64,000 bases of DNA from Heteronotia binoei (taxonomy: Eukaryota), in contig NC_083232.1 of assembly GCF_032191835.1 (NCBI RefSeq), positions 52,824,001 through 52,888,000 on the forward strand, written 5' to 3'. Positions 50,782 through 61,995 of this stretch are shown here, piece by piece (within the stretch, counting starts at the first letter, position 1; the number at the start of each line of letters is the position of its first letter). A program made the translations under genes and the position numbers. The notes beneath the pieces are model-generated. The model saw nothing but the letters and a program-made list of their open reading frames with translations, had not been told where the DNA came from and made no database searches.

Positions 50782-50929
50782 TTCAGTTTTGCAGACTCAC
50801 TAGATATTCTTTTAATGCTACTGGGCATCATCACAGCTGCAGCAGTTGGACTTGGGCAGCCTTCTGTTATCATTATTTTTGGACAGATCACAAACAGCTT
50901 TGTGGCAACTGGCCAAAATGTGTCTACAA
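50782..50929 (+). CDS. ABCB5: ABCB5 coding exon 4 (elbow helix, TM1)
   Basis: gatctag| ... |gtaagt. FSFADSLDILLMLLGIITAAAVGLGQPSVIIIFGQITNSFVATGQNVST. Confidence 0.95.
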
Positions 50930-51824
50930 GTAAGTCACTAAACTTACCAAAATAAGTTAAGAAAACTGGAAGATAACAGTTCAGATTTTTAGACAGAGGC
51001 TGAACAGCAAATTAGCATGTAACATGATTAAGATATTTTAAGATATGCAAGGATAAAACAAGAATAACCAGTTTATATGGTCAACAGTTGTTTGGATTTA
51101 TTTAAGAGGAAACAACAGTGAAGGAATATCTATGTCAAAATAGGAGATAAATGTGTAAAAGTATTTCTAATTGTGGGAAGTTTACTGAAACTTCGTTGCT
51201 CCTCCCCATTTGTCTCCTCTCAAGCATGGAGGTAACAAATAGAATTATTTTCTTTGTTGGGGTAGGGTGCAGTTCTATGACAGAGAGATGCATTTCAGTT
51301 TTCATTGCATTACTTTACAATCACCATACCAACATATAAAAGTTATCTGTGACTTGTGACAGTTTATATTGAAAAAAATGTTGTTAGGTTTTAAGTTGCT
51401 ACTGGACTTTTATTTTGCTACAAGATATTAACACTACAATAACTACTGTTGAATCTTTTTTCTTAAAGGAAAATATTAATTTGATTGAATAAAGGGCTGC
51501 TTTAGAGAAGGTTGCAAAACATGTGCAGAAGATTTCTCATTGGCAAATGATCAGCTGCTATGAAAGTTGTGTGTGATCTAGAAGTTCCAAACCCTACACA
51601 CTTAAACCTGTGGTTCTCTATTTTTTTCTCCCCAGAATTCTAAGTGGTGGCTTACATGCACTGATGTTTTTTTTATCTACATGGGGCCCAACTGTTGGCT
51701 GTTAGATATAGTGATGGTTTTTCTACAATTGCAGGACCATATAAAAATGCCATGTTGACATTGTGTTTGAAAACAGTTTGCAATACATTTTTCAACTATA
51801 CTCTTGCTACCATTTATTTTATAG

Positions 51825-51882
51825 ATGGGAATAATTCAGAGTGTCCAGCTGGTGCAACAAGTATAGAAGCCGACATGACCAC
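51825..51882 (+). CDS. ABCB5: ABCB5 coding exon 5 (extracellular loop 1)
   Basis: ttttatag| ... |gtaagt. (N)GNNSECPAGATSIEADMT(T); phases consistent. Confidence 0.92.
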
Positions 51883-52049
51883 GTAAGTTCCCATACAGTT
51901 ATTATTTTGAGAAGTTATAACTTTATCTTGCTATAAAGGCAAATTTTGTTTTTGTCTTTCAGTGTATGATTACAATCACACTCCTTTTTTCAGTATACTA
52001 ATGTGTTCAACAGAATGCTGCTTATTTTAGCTGTTAATGTCTTCATCAG

Positions 52050-52241
52050 GTTTGCTTACTACTATGTTGGACTTGGTTGTGGTGTGTTGCTCCTCAGCTC
52101 CATTCAGGTCTGGGCCTTTTTGACTAGTGCTGCAAGACAAACAGCAAGGATACGTGATAAATTCTTTTTTGCTGTTCTTCACCAAGAGATGGCCTGGTTT
52201 GATACCATCCGCATTGGAACACTGAATACCAGACTTACTGA
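52050..52241 (+). CDS. ABCB5: ABCB5 coding exon 6 (TM2, ICL1)
   Basis: 192-bp exon, as in ABCB1. FAYYYVGLGCGVLLLSSIQVWAFLTSAARQTARIRDKFFFAVLHQEMAWFDTIRIGTLNTRLT. Confidence 0.97.
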
Positions 52242-53083
52242 GTAAGAAATTTCTATTCTGCTGTTGGGGATGGGGTATGGAAGGAAGTAACTGTCTTCTG
52301 TCTGGAGGATACCTAGCCAGATTTTGTGGGTCTATCTGCCAAATCCAGCTAGAGACTTGGAACCACATAAAAGGTGATTGCCACTCCTGTATGTCTAAAT
52401 AGTTGGTGAGCTGCATGCATTGTATGTGCTCTTTTCCTTCCTGATCTGCTAGAGATATGCATGTGGATCACTTTTGAAGTGGTAAAAATTCTGCCAAAAG
52501 AAAACAGAAGGGCTGCATCAATTACAGAGATTTTAGAAAATAGGGTCACTGATGGACACACTGAATTCTTGAAGGTCTTATTTGTCTCATTAAGTTCAAC
52601 AGAAAGCAAACTTATGCATATGTTGCCAGAGTTCTCTTCTTTTATAAAGAAAACAGTTGTGGGCTATCTCTTGTTTATGAAATCTGCCATTGGGTCTCAT
52701 GTACTGGTTCTATGGGAATGCCATATTGTTTGGGAAATTGTGGATATAGGAAGGGTTTATGAACTATAGAAAGAGAAAATTTCTCCCGCAACATAGAAGA
52801 ATGCATGCATGGATTCTTCCTTTTATTAAAAAAAAAAAAGGAAAATATTCACGTGAGATGAGGGTACCCCTATGTATGCTTTAGACCTCCAGTATTCATA
52901 GGAAATAGCTAGGTTGAGGCACACATCTGTAATCTGCAATGGTAATTATTTGGGATTAGGCTGATTTGGTGAGGCATAGTTCCAATGTCACTCTAGGTTC
53001 AAATGCCTCAATTTGTCTTTTTTTTTAACAATAACCAAAGTCATGGTGTCACCCAAATGATCCATATGCATATGTAAGTCACC

Positions 53084-54741
53084 TAGGGTTGCCAAGTCCA
53101 ATTAAAGAAAAATCTGGGGACTTTGGGGGCGGAGCCAGGAAACATTGGGGTGGAGCCAGGAACAAGGATGTGACAAGTATAATTGAACTCCAAGGGAGTT
53201 CTGGCCATCACATTTAAAGGGACAGCACGCCTTTTTAAATGCCTTTCTTCCATAGGAAATAATTAAGAATAGGGGCACCATCTTTTGGGGCTCATAGAAT
53301 TGGACCTTCTGGTCCAATTGTTTTGAAACTTGGGGTGTATTTTGGGGAGAGGCACTAGATGCTATACTAAAAATCTGGTGCCTCTACCTCAAAAAATAGC
53401 CCCCCCCAGAGCCCCCAATACCCACGGATCAATTCCCTATTATTCCCTATGGGAATCGTTCTCCATAGGGAATAATAGAGTGCCTAGTAGACATTTCCCT
53501 CCCCTCCCCCCCGCTTTCTGACGACCCTGGGGATTGGCAACCCTAGGTCCACCAGCGGGGCCAGGATAACAGAGGCTGTGGAAGAGAGGGCCATCAGTAG
53601 CTGTGAGTTGACATGGGCAAATGGAACCTCTGTAGATAGAGAGAGAGTACCCGCTGGAACACCAAACACCACGAAACCTAAGAAAACACACAGAACATTG
53701 CAGCCTTATCGCATGGCCCTAGCTCAGTTTACTAAGTGGGACTTACTTGGGGAGGCGCTGGGTTGCCAGCTCCAGGTCGGGAAACCCCTGAAGCTTTGGA
53801 GGCAGAGCTTGTTAAGGACACAGACCAGGGGGGGGGGGATGCAAGCCATGCCCTCGAGGGCGCCCACCCTCCTCCAAAGCTGCCGTCTTTTCCCGGTGGG
53901 GGCGGGGCTCCCTGCAGCCAGGAGCTCCGTGGCCATTCCAGGAGCTCTCCAGGCCTCACTTGGAGAAAGGTAGCCCTCCCGAGCGGGCCCCTGGCTGCGG
54001 GGAGGGTGTCTCCCAGGCCCGGAAGGAAAGGAGGGAGGCCGAGGTGCTTTGCCTGCGGGCTCCCCAGAAAGGCAGGCACTTGCTGGAGGGCTGGCCGGGC
54101 TGCGGTCGGTGGCGCTGGGGCTGCCCGCCTCCTTCTCCTCGGGGCCGTGCGCAGGCAGGGCAGGGCAGAGAGGGCCATGGGGCAAGGGCAGCAGTGCAGG
54201 GCCCGCCTGGTGGGAGCCCCGCCGCCTTACCCTCCTTGACGCCGGGCAGCTTGGACTGGTTGATGCCGATTTCGGCCATGGCGGCGCCCGCAGCTCCTCA
54301 CCTGGCGTCGGGGCTCCTCCGGAGCAAGGAAGGCTGCAAGTGAGGCAGCCGCTGCCTGTGCCCCGTCGCCCTCCTCGTGAGCAAGACGCCGCTGCAGCCG
54401 CGCCAGCTTCCCTCCCTCCCTCCGGGGACAGCCGGCGCTCCACCACCAGGGCGCGGAAGAGCCCCCAGCCAGCCGGGCTGAGGTGGGAAGGAAGCTGCGT
54501 GGCCGCCACCCAAGAGAAAAGGACTCCAAGAGGGAGCGCTGAGCTCCAGCCCACCCCGCTGGCGCGGCGCGAGACCTTGGTCGGCAGCCAGAACCCAGCC
54601 AGAGGCCTGCTCGCCCTCGGCTTGGCTCGGGCAGGTGGGAAGGGCCGCCATTTCCCCCCCGCTTTCCAGATGTTTGGGGAGCGGGGGGAGGAGGCTCCAA
54701 ATCGGGGGTCCCCCGCCCAGGCGGGGGATTTGGGAACCCTA
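53084..54741. mobile_element. Composite non-autonomous hAT element (Pack-hAT) carrying a CCDC50 fragment
   Basis: Perfect 8-bp TSD AAGTCACC (53076-53083, 54742-54749). Outer TIRs tagggttgccaagtc and revcomp tagggttcccaaatc match 13/15. Contains a complete MITE (53084-53545), an older MITE (53759-53977) and GC-rich non-repeat cargo. Confidence 0.9.
54231..54279 (-). pseudogene. CCDC50: Captured first coding exon of CCDC50 (with 5' flank and intron 1)
   Basis: Minus strand gccgccATGG Kozak, then MAEIGINQSKLPGVKE+G|gtaagg (49 coding bp). Recalled human CCDC50 begins MAEVSIDQSKLPGVKE(V) with the same phase-1 intron. No downstream CCDC50 exons are seen. Confidence 0.85.
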
Positions 54742-55975
54742 AAGTCACCCACAGGAGGGTCATCCTTTAACATGTCAAGAGCCTATATACAGGTGCAGTC
54801 AGGGCAATTATTATTGGGACCTTCTGCCAGGTATACACCAGCATCCAATATTTAATCCAATGCCTTATATGAGTATGCAGGTTCTTAGAAATTAAGAAAA
54901 TGGATAGCAAAGGAAATTAGCAAACAGCATACAAAAACACACAGAGATTAAATAAAAGTTCTGTAAATCCTAGCTTTTACTAAATCCTAGCCTTAAAAAG
55001 TTACTAATATAAAGGAAGGATAAGGTGGTGGGATACAAAGGAAGAAAACGTATGAATCTATCCACTGAGTGGAATCCAAGAAGGTTTGTTGGAATAAATT
55101 GGTGAGAGCAGGGTAGGAAAGCAGAGCACAGTCTTTGGGGGTTGCCTGTCTTGGATAGCAGGGCCAAAGCAGAGTCATGCACACATTTCCACTTTGCACT
55201 CCCAAATGAGGGTTTGGAGCTAGTTGCAGGAATCTGGTATTAAGATGGGACCCAGCAGCTAGAACAAAATGCTGGGCATTCTCAGGGCTTCCTTTATATT
55301 ACTTTAGAATGATAGGAGATTAAGTCGATGTGAGTGAATATGTCCATTTCCAAGCAAATTTCCAGTTACTTTTCTTTCTCCCTTTGAAATAGAGGATTGG
55401 CTTCATTGCTCTGAGATCTCCCTTCTTCCTCTCAGATTAAAGAGATACATACTTTTCTAATATTCCAAAGCTTGGGTAAGGTCAAATAAATAAATAAATA
55501 AAAAGAATTTGTAGGCCTTCTGGAAGATCTATGGGGGGCCTCCCTTTGAAGCAGGGGCAGCCCAGCCTGAGTGAGTCATGGAAAGCGTATTCGGGCATGG
55601 GGAGGTGGAGGGAGGCAGGTGGGGGAAGGTGGGTGCAGGGAGGTGGTGGGTGCAGTGAGAGAGGGTGCCTCATGGCACTCCTAGGCCAAGTGGCACCCAA
55701 GGCGGCCACCTACTTGGCCTACTCCCATGCGCCAGCCCTGTGTGTTGTGTTTTCATGCCACTGTTCTCTTCTGACTTGCTGATAAGTCCCTGTGGCTGAT
55801 TCTCACTCTCTGTGTATAAAGAGAATGGATCTGTTGCTTCCATCTCAATTTTTGAATCCCAGGATGTCTCCAGAAGGAAAAGGAAAAAAGAAACTGGGTT
55901 GGTGGGTGAGGCGTTCCTCCAGTAATAATCAGATAATAGAATTTGTGCATGAAATATGACACATTTATTGTGCCT

Positions 55976-56275
55976 TAAAAGGAAAGGTCCCCTGTGCAGG
56001 CACCAGTCGTTTCCAACTCTGGGATGACGTTGCTTTCACAACGTTTTCACGGCAGACTTTTTACAGGGTGGTTTGCCATTGCCTTCCCCAGTCTTTTACA
56101 CTTTCCCCCCAGGAAGCTGGGTACCCATTTTACCGACCTCAGAAAGATGGAAGACTGAGTCAACCCTGGGCCGGCTACCTGAATCCAGCTTCCGCCGGAA
56201 TCGAACTCAGGTCGTGAGCAGAGAGTTCAGACCACAGTACTGCAGTACTGCTGCTTTACCACTCTGTGCCTTAGA
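55976..56275 (-). mobile_element. Sauria SINE, full length
   Basis: Close match to the other copies in the window. Confidence 0.92.
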
Positions 56276-56557
56276 GCTTCAGTAAATGTGATGAGATTCT
56301 CCAAAGAAAGATAATGTTCGTATAGTTATGTATTGTAAGAATAATTATTATGAAACCTGAAGAAAATGGGATGAAATACATTAGACTTGAGAGACTTATG
56401 AGACTAATTTTGTGTCCACATAAACCCCCCCCCCTACAATGGCACCTAGTTTTTTGGGTCACTGCGTGACAGAGTGTCGGACTGGATGGGCCACTAGCCT
56501 AATCCAACATAGCTTCTCTTATGTTCTTATCCATCATTTTTTCTCCTTTGATTGCAG

Positions 56558-56729
56558 TGATATTAATACGATTCAAGAAGGCATTGGAGACAAGATCAGT
56601 TTAATAGTCCAGTTTTCTTCGACTTTTGTGGCGGGGATTATCATAGGATTTGTGCATGGATGGAAGCTTACTCTTGTGATTTTAGCTGTTAGCCCTCTTA
56701 TTGCTGCATCTGGGGCTGTGTGGTCGTAT
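56558..56729 (+). CDS. ABCB5: ABCB5 coding exon 7 (TM3-TM4)
   Basis: 172-bp exon. DINTIQEGIGDKISLIVQFSSTFVAGIIIGFVHGWKLTLVILAVSPLIAASGAVWSY. Confidence 0.97.
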
Positions 56730-57105
56730 GTAAGTTGATGAAGCTACTAGTGATAATTCATTAAGTTACACCATTTAAATCCCATGTGCTGTGTTTTCTT
56801 TTAAGAGAAAGTAATATCATTTTTTAGCATATGCATTTTTAAAGAGAATGTTTAGCCAGTCATTTTACTAAAATCCATGTCATCACTTTTGGTATAGAAA
56901 GCTAATCAGGAGATGGTTACTTCTCTGCACAGAGAATTACATGTGCAGCCAAATTCATATGTGTGAAAATGGGGCTTATGCAGTGCTAGAATTAAGGCAT
57001 ATCACCAAAAGATGTTTCTGATTTCTTATCATACACAGTAACTTTATTCATATAAGGGGAATTAACAGTCTCTAAACTTTGGTGATTTTTCTTTACATTT
57101 TCTAG

Positions 57106-57230
57106 CTTCTGTCCCATCTAACTACTAAAGAGCTGACAGCTTATGCTAAAGCAGGTGCTGTTGCAGAAGAAATCTTGTCTGCCATCAGGACTGTTACTGC
57201 TTTTAATGGACAGAAGAAAGCTACTGCGAG
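57106..57230 (+). CDS. ABCB5: ABCB5 coding exon 8 (ICL2)
   Basis: 125-bp exon. [41 protein letters not shown](R). Confidence 0.97.
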
Positions 57231-57730
57231 GTAAAATCCTGTGGGTACATATGTATGCAGGCTATGTATAACAGCTGCATAAATGTAAGCAAGCAAACCT
57301 GTGTAGAAGTGTACATTTTATCCTATATTTCCAAAAACTGAATGAAGCATTCTCCAAGGAGAAATTATCATCCCTCCCAGCCAGCATATAAATGTAACCT
57401 TTCAGGGTAGACTTGCCTATCAAGTTTATGTAGTGGGGAAGGAGTGCACAATAGCCTTATAAAGTGTGTGCTTCTTCCCCATCAGTGGGAATCTCTGGCA
57501 TATGAAGAATAGGCTTATCTGTGGTGGTTGGTAGAAATATTTATAAAACTGTTTCAGTTGCCATGGATGTGCCCAGCACATGCCTTTGTTGTTGTATGTT
57601 AGATAAACATTTAAAAGATTCTTCCATGTTACCAGTCTGGAGGATCATATGTATTCACACAGCGCATCATATCCCTGTGAGCAAAGTTTACCATAACTCA
57701 TATTGTGCCTCTGTTCATCCATGTTGTTAG

Positions 57731-57900
57731 CAGTGCTCCCTCCAAGCTGAGTTAGTGTGAGATAGCTCACAGTTTTTTAGTACCCAACTCACACATGTTT
57801 GTTGTAGCTCAGGAAAAATGACATTAAGAGCAAACTATGCAGTAGCTCACAAATTTAATGCCAGTCGCTCACAAGACTCCACAGCTTAGAGGGAGTATTG
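57731..57900. mobile_element. hAT MITE
   Basis: TIRs cagtgctccctccaagctg/cagcttagagggagtattg; TSD gttgttag/gtggttag. Confidence 0.82.
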
Positions 57901-58159
57901 GTGGTTAGTAGTAACAAAGGCAGAAAGTAGTGTGGAGTGTACAGGTTGAGCATCTTGCAGCCTTCATCACAGGGAATGTTGTACTTTCCAGCACACTTGC
58001 TGCAAAAAAATGAATCTATATATTGAGCGGAGGGAACTAACATGTAATTCACACTGCTCAAAGATGTTGCATGATTGGGGAAGTGTTTATCAAACTGTAA
58101 TTGTGGAACCAAAAGTCAAAGCAAACATCTGAATTAGAACATTTTGGCTCTGTTTTTAG

Positions 58160-58337
58160 GTATGATGCAAACCTAGAAGAAGCTAAGATTGTTGGAATGA
58201 AAAAAGCCATCACCACCAATGCTTCTTTGGGTATCACCCAGTTTCTTATATATGCATGCTATGCACTTGCCTTTTGGTATGGAACTAAACTCGTACAGGA
58301 GGAGCCAAAGACATATGACATTGGGAAAGTGTTAATT
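58160..58337 (+). CDS. ABCB5: ABCB5 coding exon 9 (TM5)
   Basis: 178-bp exon, YDANLEEAKIVGMKKAITTNASLGITQFLIYACYALAFWYGTKLVQEEPKTYDIGKVLI. It is 2 aa longer than ABCB1 (YGTTLVLSGEYSIG), as in ABCB5 (YGTSLILNGEPGYTIG). With ITGB8 synteny this supports ABCB5. Confidence 0.95.
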
Positions 58338-58575
58338 GTAAGTTTAGTTGTTCTACTTAATGCAGACTTTAAAATATGGTCTTGGGACTCCAAACACAAG
58401 TAAAAGTTTCATTTGGATTGAAGGTTAGGGATCCAGCCTATATAAGCACTGCTCAGTTTTTTATGTACAACTGTTGGCTATTGAAATGGATATTCCTTAA
58501 AGAAAAGCATAGTTAAGTAAACCAGCAACTCCACACAGTTACAATGAAAAAGAGATGTGTGGAGGGAGTGGACAA

Positions 58576-58860
58576 GAAGAAGATAGAAGATGATATTGGA
58601 TTTATATCCCGCCCTCCACTCCGAAGAGTCTCAGAGCGGCTCACAGTCTCCTCTACCTTCCTCCCCCACAACAGACACCCTGTGAGGTGGGTGGGGCTGG
58701 AGAGGGCTCTCACAGCAGCTGCCCTTTCAAGGACAACCTCTGCCAGAGCTATGGCTGACCCAAGGCCATTCCAGCAGATGCAAGTGGAGGAGTGGGGAAT
58801 CAAACCCGGTTCTCCCAGATAAGAGTCCGCACACTTAACCACTACACCAAACTGGCTCTC
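58576..58860 (-). mobile_element. Squam3 (gecko-type) SINE, full length
   Basis: Close match to the 40751 copy in reverse complement. Confidence 0.9.
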
Positions 58861-58861
58861 T

Positions 58862-59245
58862 GACAGGGAAAAGCTTTTCTTCCTTTCCCCATAATACTAG
58901 AACCTGGGTCATCCACTGAAGCTGAATTGGAAAGTCAGGACAGACAAAAACAAGTACACAGCATAATATAGCTAATTTGTGGAACTCACTACCACAGGAT
59001 GTGGTCATGGCTGCCAACTTGGGAGACTTTAAAACAGGATTGGACAAATTCATTGAATCTATCAATGACTCCTAGTCTTAATGGATATCTACTTCCTCCA
59101 ATACCGGAGGCACTATGACTCTTTGTATCTGTTGTATCTAGGCAAGAGAATACTGTTGCAATTGTGAACTTGGGGCCCTCCGAACAAAAATTTTGGGTAT
59201 GGGGCTAGGTGGACCTTTGGTTTGATCCAGCATGGTGGTTTTGAT
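58862..59245 (+). mobile_element. CR1 3' fragment (others at 15662-15835 and 17790-17900, minus strand)
   Basis: ggacagacaaaaac..LWNSL..gatgtggtcatggct..ggattggacaaattcat..ggtttgatccagcatgg terminus. Confidence 0.75.
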
Positions 59246-60465
59246 GTTCTTAAATAAATAACCATACCATGTAGTGTTAGGTGGAAATTAATTGTATTGT
59301 AAATAAAACCCCAATGTATCCATGGCTACTGTGCTGTGGGCTGGTTCAAACAGGCATATGATATGATAATGAAGCAGTAGAGGCAGCTGAATGGTCATTG
59401 TGTGAACAGAATGCTGAGCTAGATGGACCGAGGCCTGTATGCATAGGGATGCCCGTGAGGTCCAGCCCCACCCCCTGCAAACAACCTGGCACCCTCCCCA
59501 AACAGCTGTGCCTCCCCCCCTTACCCCTCTCTGTGAAACACCTGCACAGCTTGCTAGGGAAGGGGAAGTATGTCTCAACTTATACTTGGCTTCTTTCAGT
59601 GTGATCGTAACATCTTTGGGCTTTGACTTGCCTCCAGAAGTTCGATAGAAGCCATCGCAGGAGGCAACCTGGGGTTTGCTTTTAAATGCAGAGTGGGAGG
59701 AAAGAGGTACAACAGCTGTTAAGAGTAAAGCTGCTTCAGGAGGTGCAAGACAAAGATCCTATCTTTGGTCTCCTTTCAGACTGCCTGCAAAGGTGGGGGG
59801 GGTGTACGAAAGGGAGGGAATGCGAATAGCCCATGGCACCGGGGTTAAGGGACTTCTTAAGGGCGTATTGTCCTGCTGCTGTTGCTAGCTAGCCAACAGA
59901 ACCAGATTGTGTCTGTAAAACCTCAAGGAGCTTTCCCAGTTTCTTCAGCAACACTTGCCAGACCGGGGTTAGGTTTTAATTCCAGAGTAGTGCATAATAT
60001 GCAGTCCAGGGATCTGGGGTTAGGTTTTGAATCCAGAGCAGTGCATAATGCTTCAGAGAGAATACAACACCCAAGCATAAATCCTAACTTTTCTTTATTA
60101 TTTCCAGACTGCCACAGGTGCTGCTTCTTCCCTCCCCACACATTTTAACCTGTCACCTCTTACCTAGCCATGTCTCTCCTTCTCCATATTTCCCTAACAA
60201 CAACAACCCTGTGATGTAGTCAACTCCACTGTACTAAACTGCCCCCTTGGAGACTCCCTAACAATTTCTTTTCTGCATACAGGGCTGAGAGGACCTTTGG
60301 TTTGATCCAGCATGGCTCTTCTTATGTTCGTAAATAAATAATCATACCATATACTGCTAGGTGGAAATCAATTGTATTGTAAATAATACCCCAGTGAATC
60401 CATGGCTACTTTGCTAAGGACTAATTTACACATGCATATGACATGGTAATGAAGCAGCAGAACCC
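59200..60465. repeat. Diverged direct duplication of about 185 bp (59200-59385 and 60281-60465)
   Basis: ggacctttggtttgatccagcatgg...aaataaataa.catacca...ggtggaaat.aattgtattgtaaata...atccatggctact...taatgaagcag occurs twice. Confidence 0.85.
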
Positions 60466-60904
60466 TGAAGTGGAAAAATGGGTTTCATCATTGCATGTAA
60501 ATATTCCTTCGCATAAAAAGTTCTCTGCAGATAGAAAACCAGTACAATACAATAGTTCTATCCCCTACTCTTCTCTAGTGTTGGTTTTCTTTTGCAGGGA
60601 GTTCTGTAAGCCAAGGCTATTCTGCCATCTCAGAAGATCTCAGTTGTCTTTCTATTACATAACTTCTTGGCATATGCGGACCAGGCCTAATTCTCTCTGG
60701 TTTCTCTCTTTTAAGGTTTCCAAAGAAAAGAGAATGTATAACTGGATTGAAAGGAGATACAAACTTGCTGAAAAAAATTGAATAACAATGCTGTATAGTT
60801 TGTTCTACTTGTCTTTTTTTTTTTTTAGGGGACATTTTTGGACTTATAATAACTGAATTGCTGCATTAACTGATGGAAAATCATATATAATTTTTTCCCT
60901 GTAG

Positions 60905-61018
60905 GTATTCTTTTCTGTGCTGATTGGAGTATTTTCAATTGGACAAGCATCCCCGAATCTGGAAAGTCTGGCAAATGCTCGTGGAGCAGCCTATGAGGTC
61001 TATAAAATTATCAATAAG
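60905..61018 (+). CDS. ABCB5: ABCB5 coding exon 10 (TM6)
   Basis: 114-bp exon. [38 protein letters not shown]. Confidence 0.97.
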
Positions 61019-61884
61019 GTATTTATTGGCCAAGATACATCAGATGGTTTTGACACATTGCAAGAACAATGTGCATACTAAAAGAAATAGAGCAAAGTCT
61101 TGATAATGGTGATTACTTTGAGCATCTAGATGCACGTTCATTAACTCATAAGGAGTTATGTTCTTTCCCTGAATGTGGATAAACATTTGTTACCTGCCAA
61201 ACTCAACAAGATCTCTAAGAGGGAATCAGAGGTTTCTCCGGTAAGACCATCTGTAATCTGGCTGCCAAGCATGCATAAGCATGTGTGTTCCCTGTTTTGC
61301 TAGCAGTATGATTTTTATCTCTTACCTCCTTTAACAACCTTGCAGTGTTCACAGCCTTAGTTGCTTAAAGGAACATTGTTGTTCTTTTCAGGATAACTTA
61401 AACATGACCTAGGTGAAAGTGATTCAGGAAGATGTGCAAAAGGCAGAGCTAAGTGGGTCACATGGGGATTGTACTCTCCTCCATGAAGGGGACCAGCCTC
61501 CACTCATCTTCTTGTATTCTTTTTTTTTTAACTCATTCTTTTAATGCAAGCTGTCATGACACGCATATGTCAAGAGCCAGTGCTGTGAACTGGTCCTACT
61601 AAATTCTGGGACATGCAAGTTTAAAGCCTTACTCAGTGGTGAAGTCTATGGGGTGATATTTGGCCAGTGTCTTTCATCCTTCACCTAACGCACAGGGTTG
61701 CTGTGAGAAGAGAGGAAAGCCATTCCCCACTGAGTTTCTTGGAGGAATGGTTGGATGAAAGTGGGTTGACAGATGGATAATGAAAAGTCTAGTCTGGGAC
61801 AAATCAGTACATTAGTTGCCATACACCCACTCGCCCACTCTGGATACAACCCAGATTGTAACTTACTTGCAAATGTCTTTCCAG

Positions 61885-61995
61885 CCCCGGGCCATAGATA
61901 GCAGCTCCAAAGAAGGATTCAAACCAGACACACTAAGAGGAAAGATTGAATTCAAGAATGTCCATTTTAGCTACCCTTCCAGGCCAGATACTCAA
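61885..61995 (+). CDS. ABCB5: ABCB5 coding exon 11 (start of NBD1); gene continues beyond window
   Basis: 111-bp exon. PRAIDSSSKEGFKPDTLRGKIEFKNVHFSYPSRPDTQ|gtaagt. Confidence 0.97.

Noticed and set aside
53724-54855. Several long overlapping ORFs (349, 268, 178, 167 aa) on both strands
   Set aside because: These are low-complexity P/G/A/R-rich products of stop-poor GC-rich DNA crossing MITE boundaries. Only the 49-bp CCDC50 exon has real coding signal.
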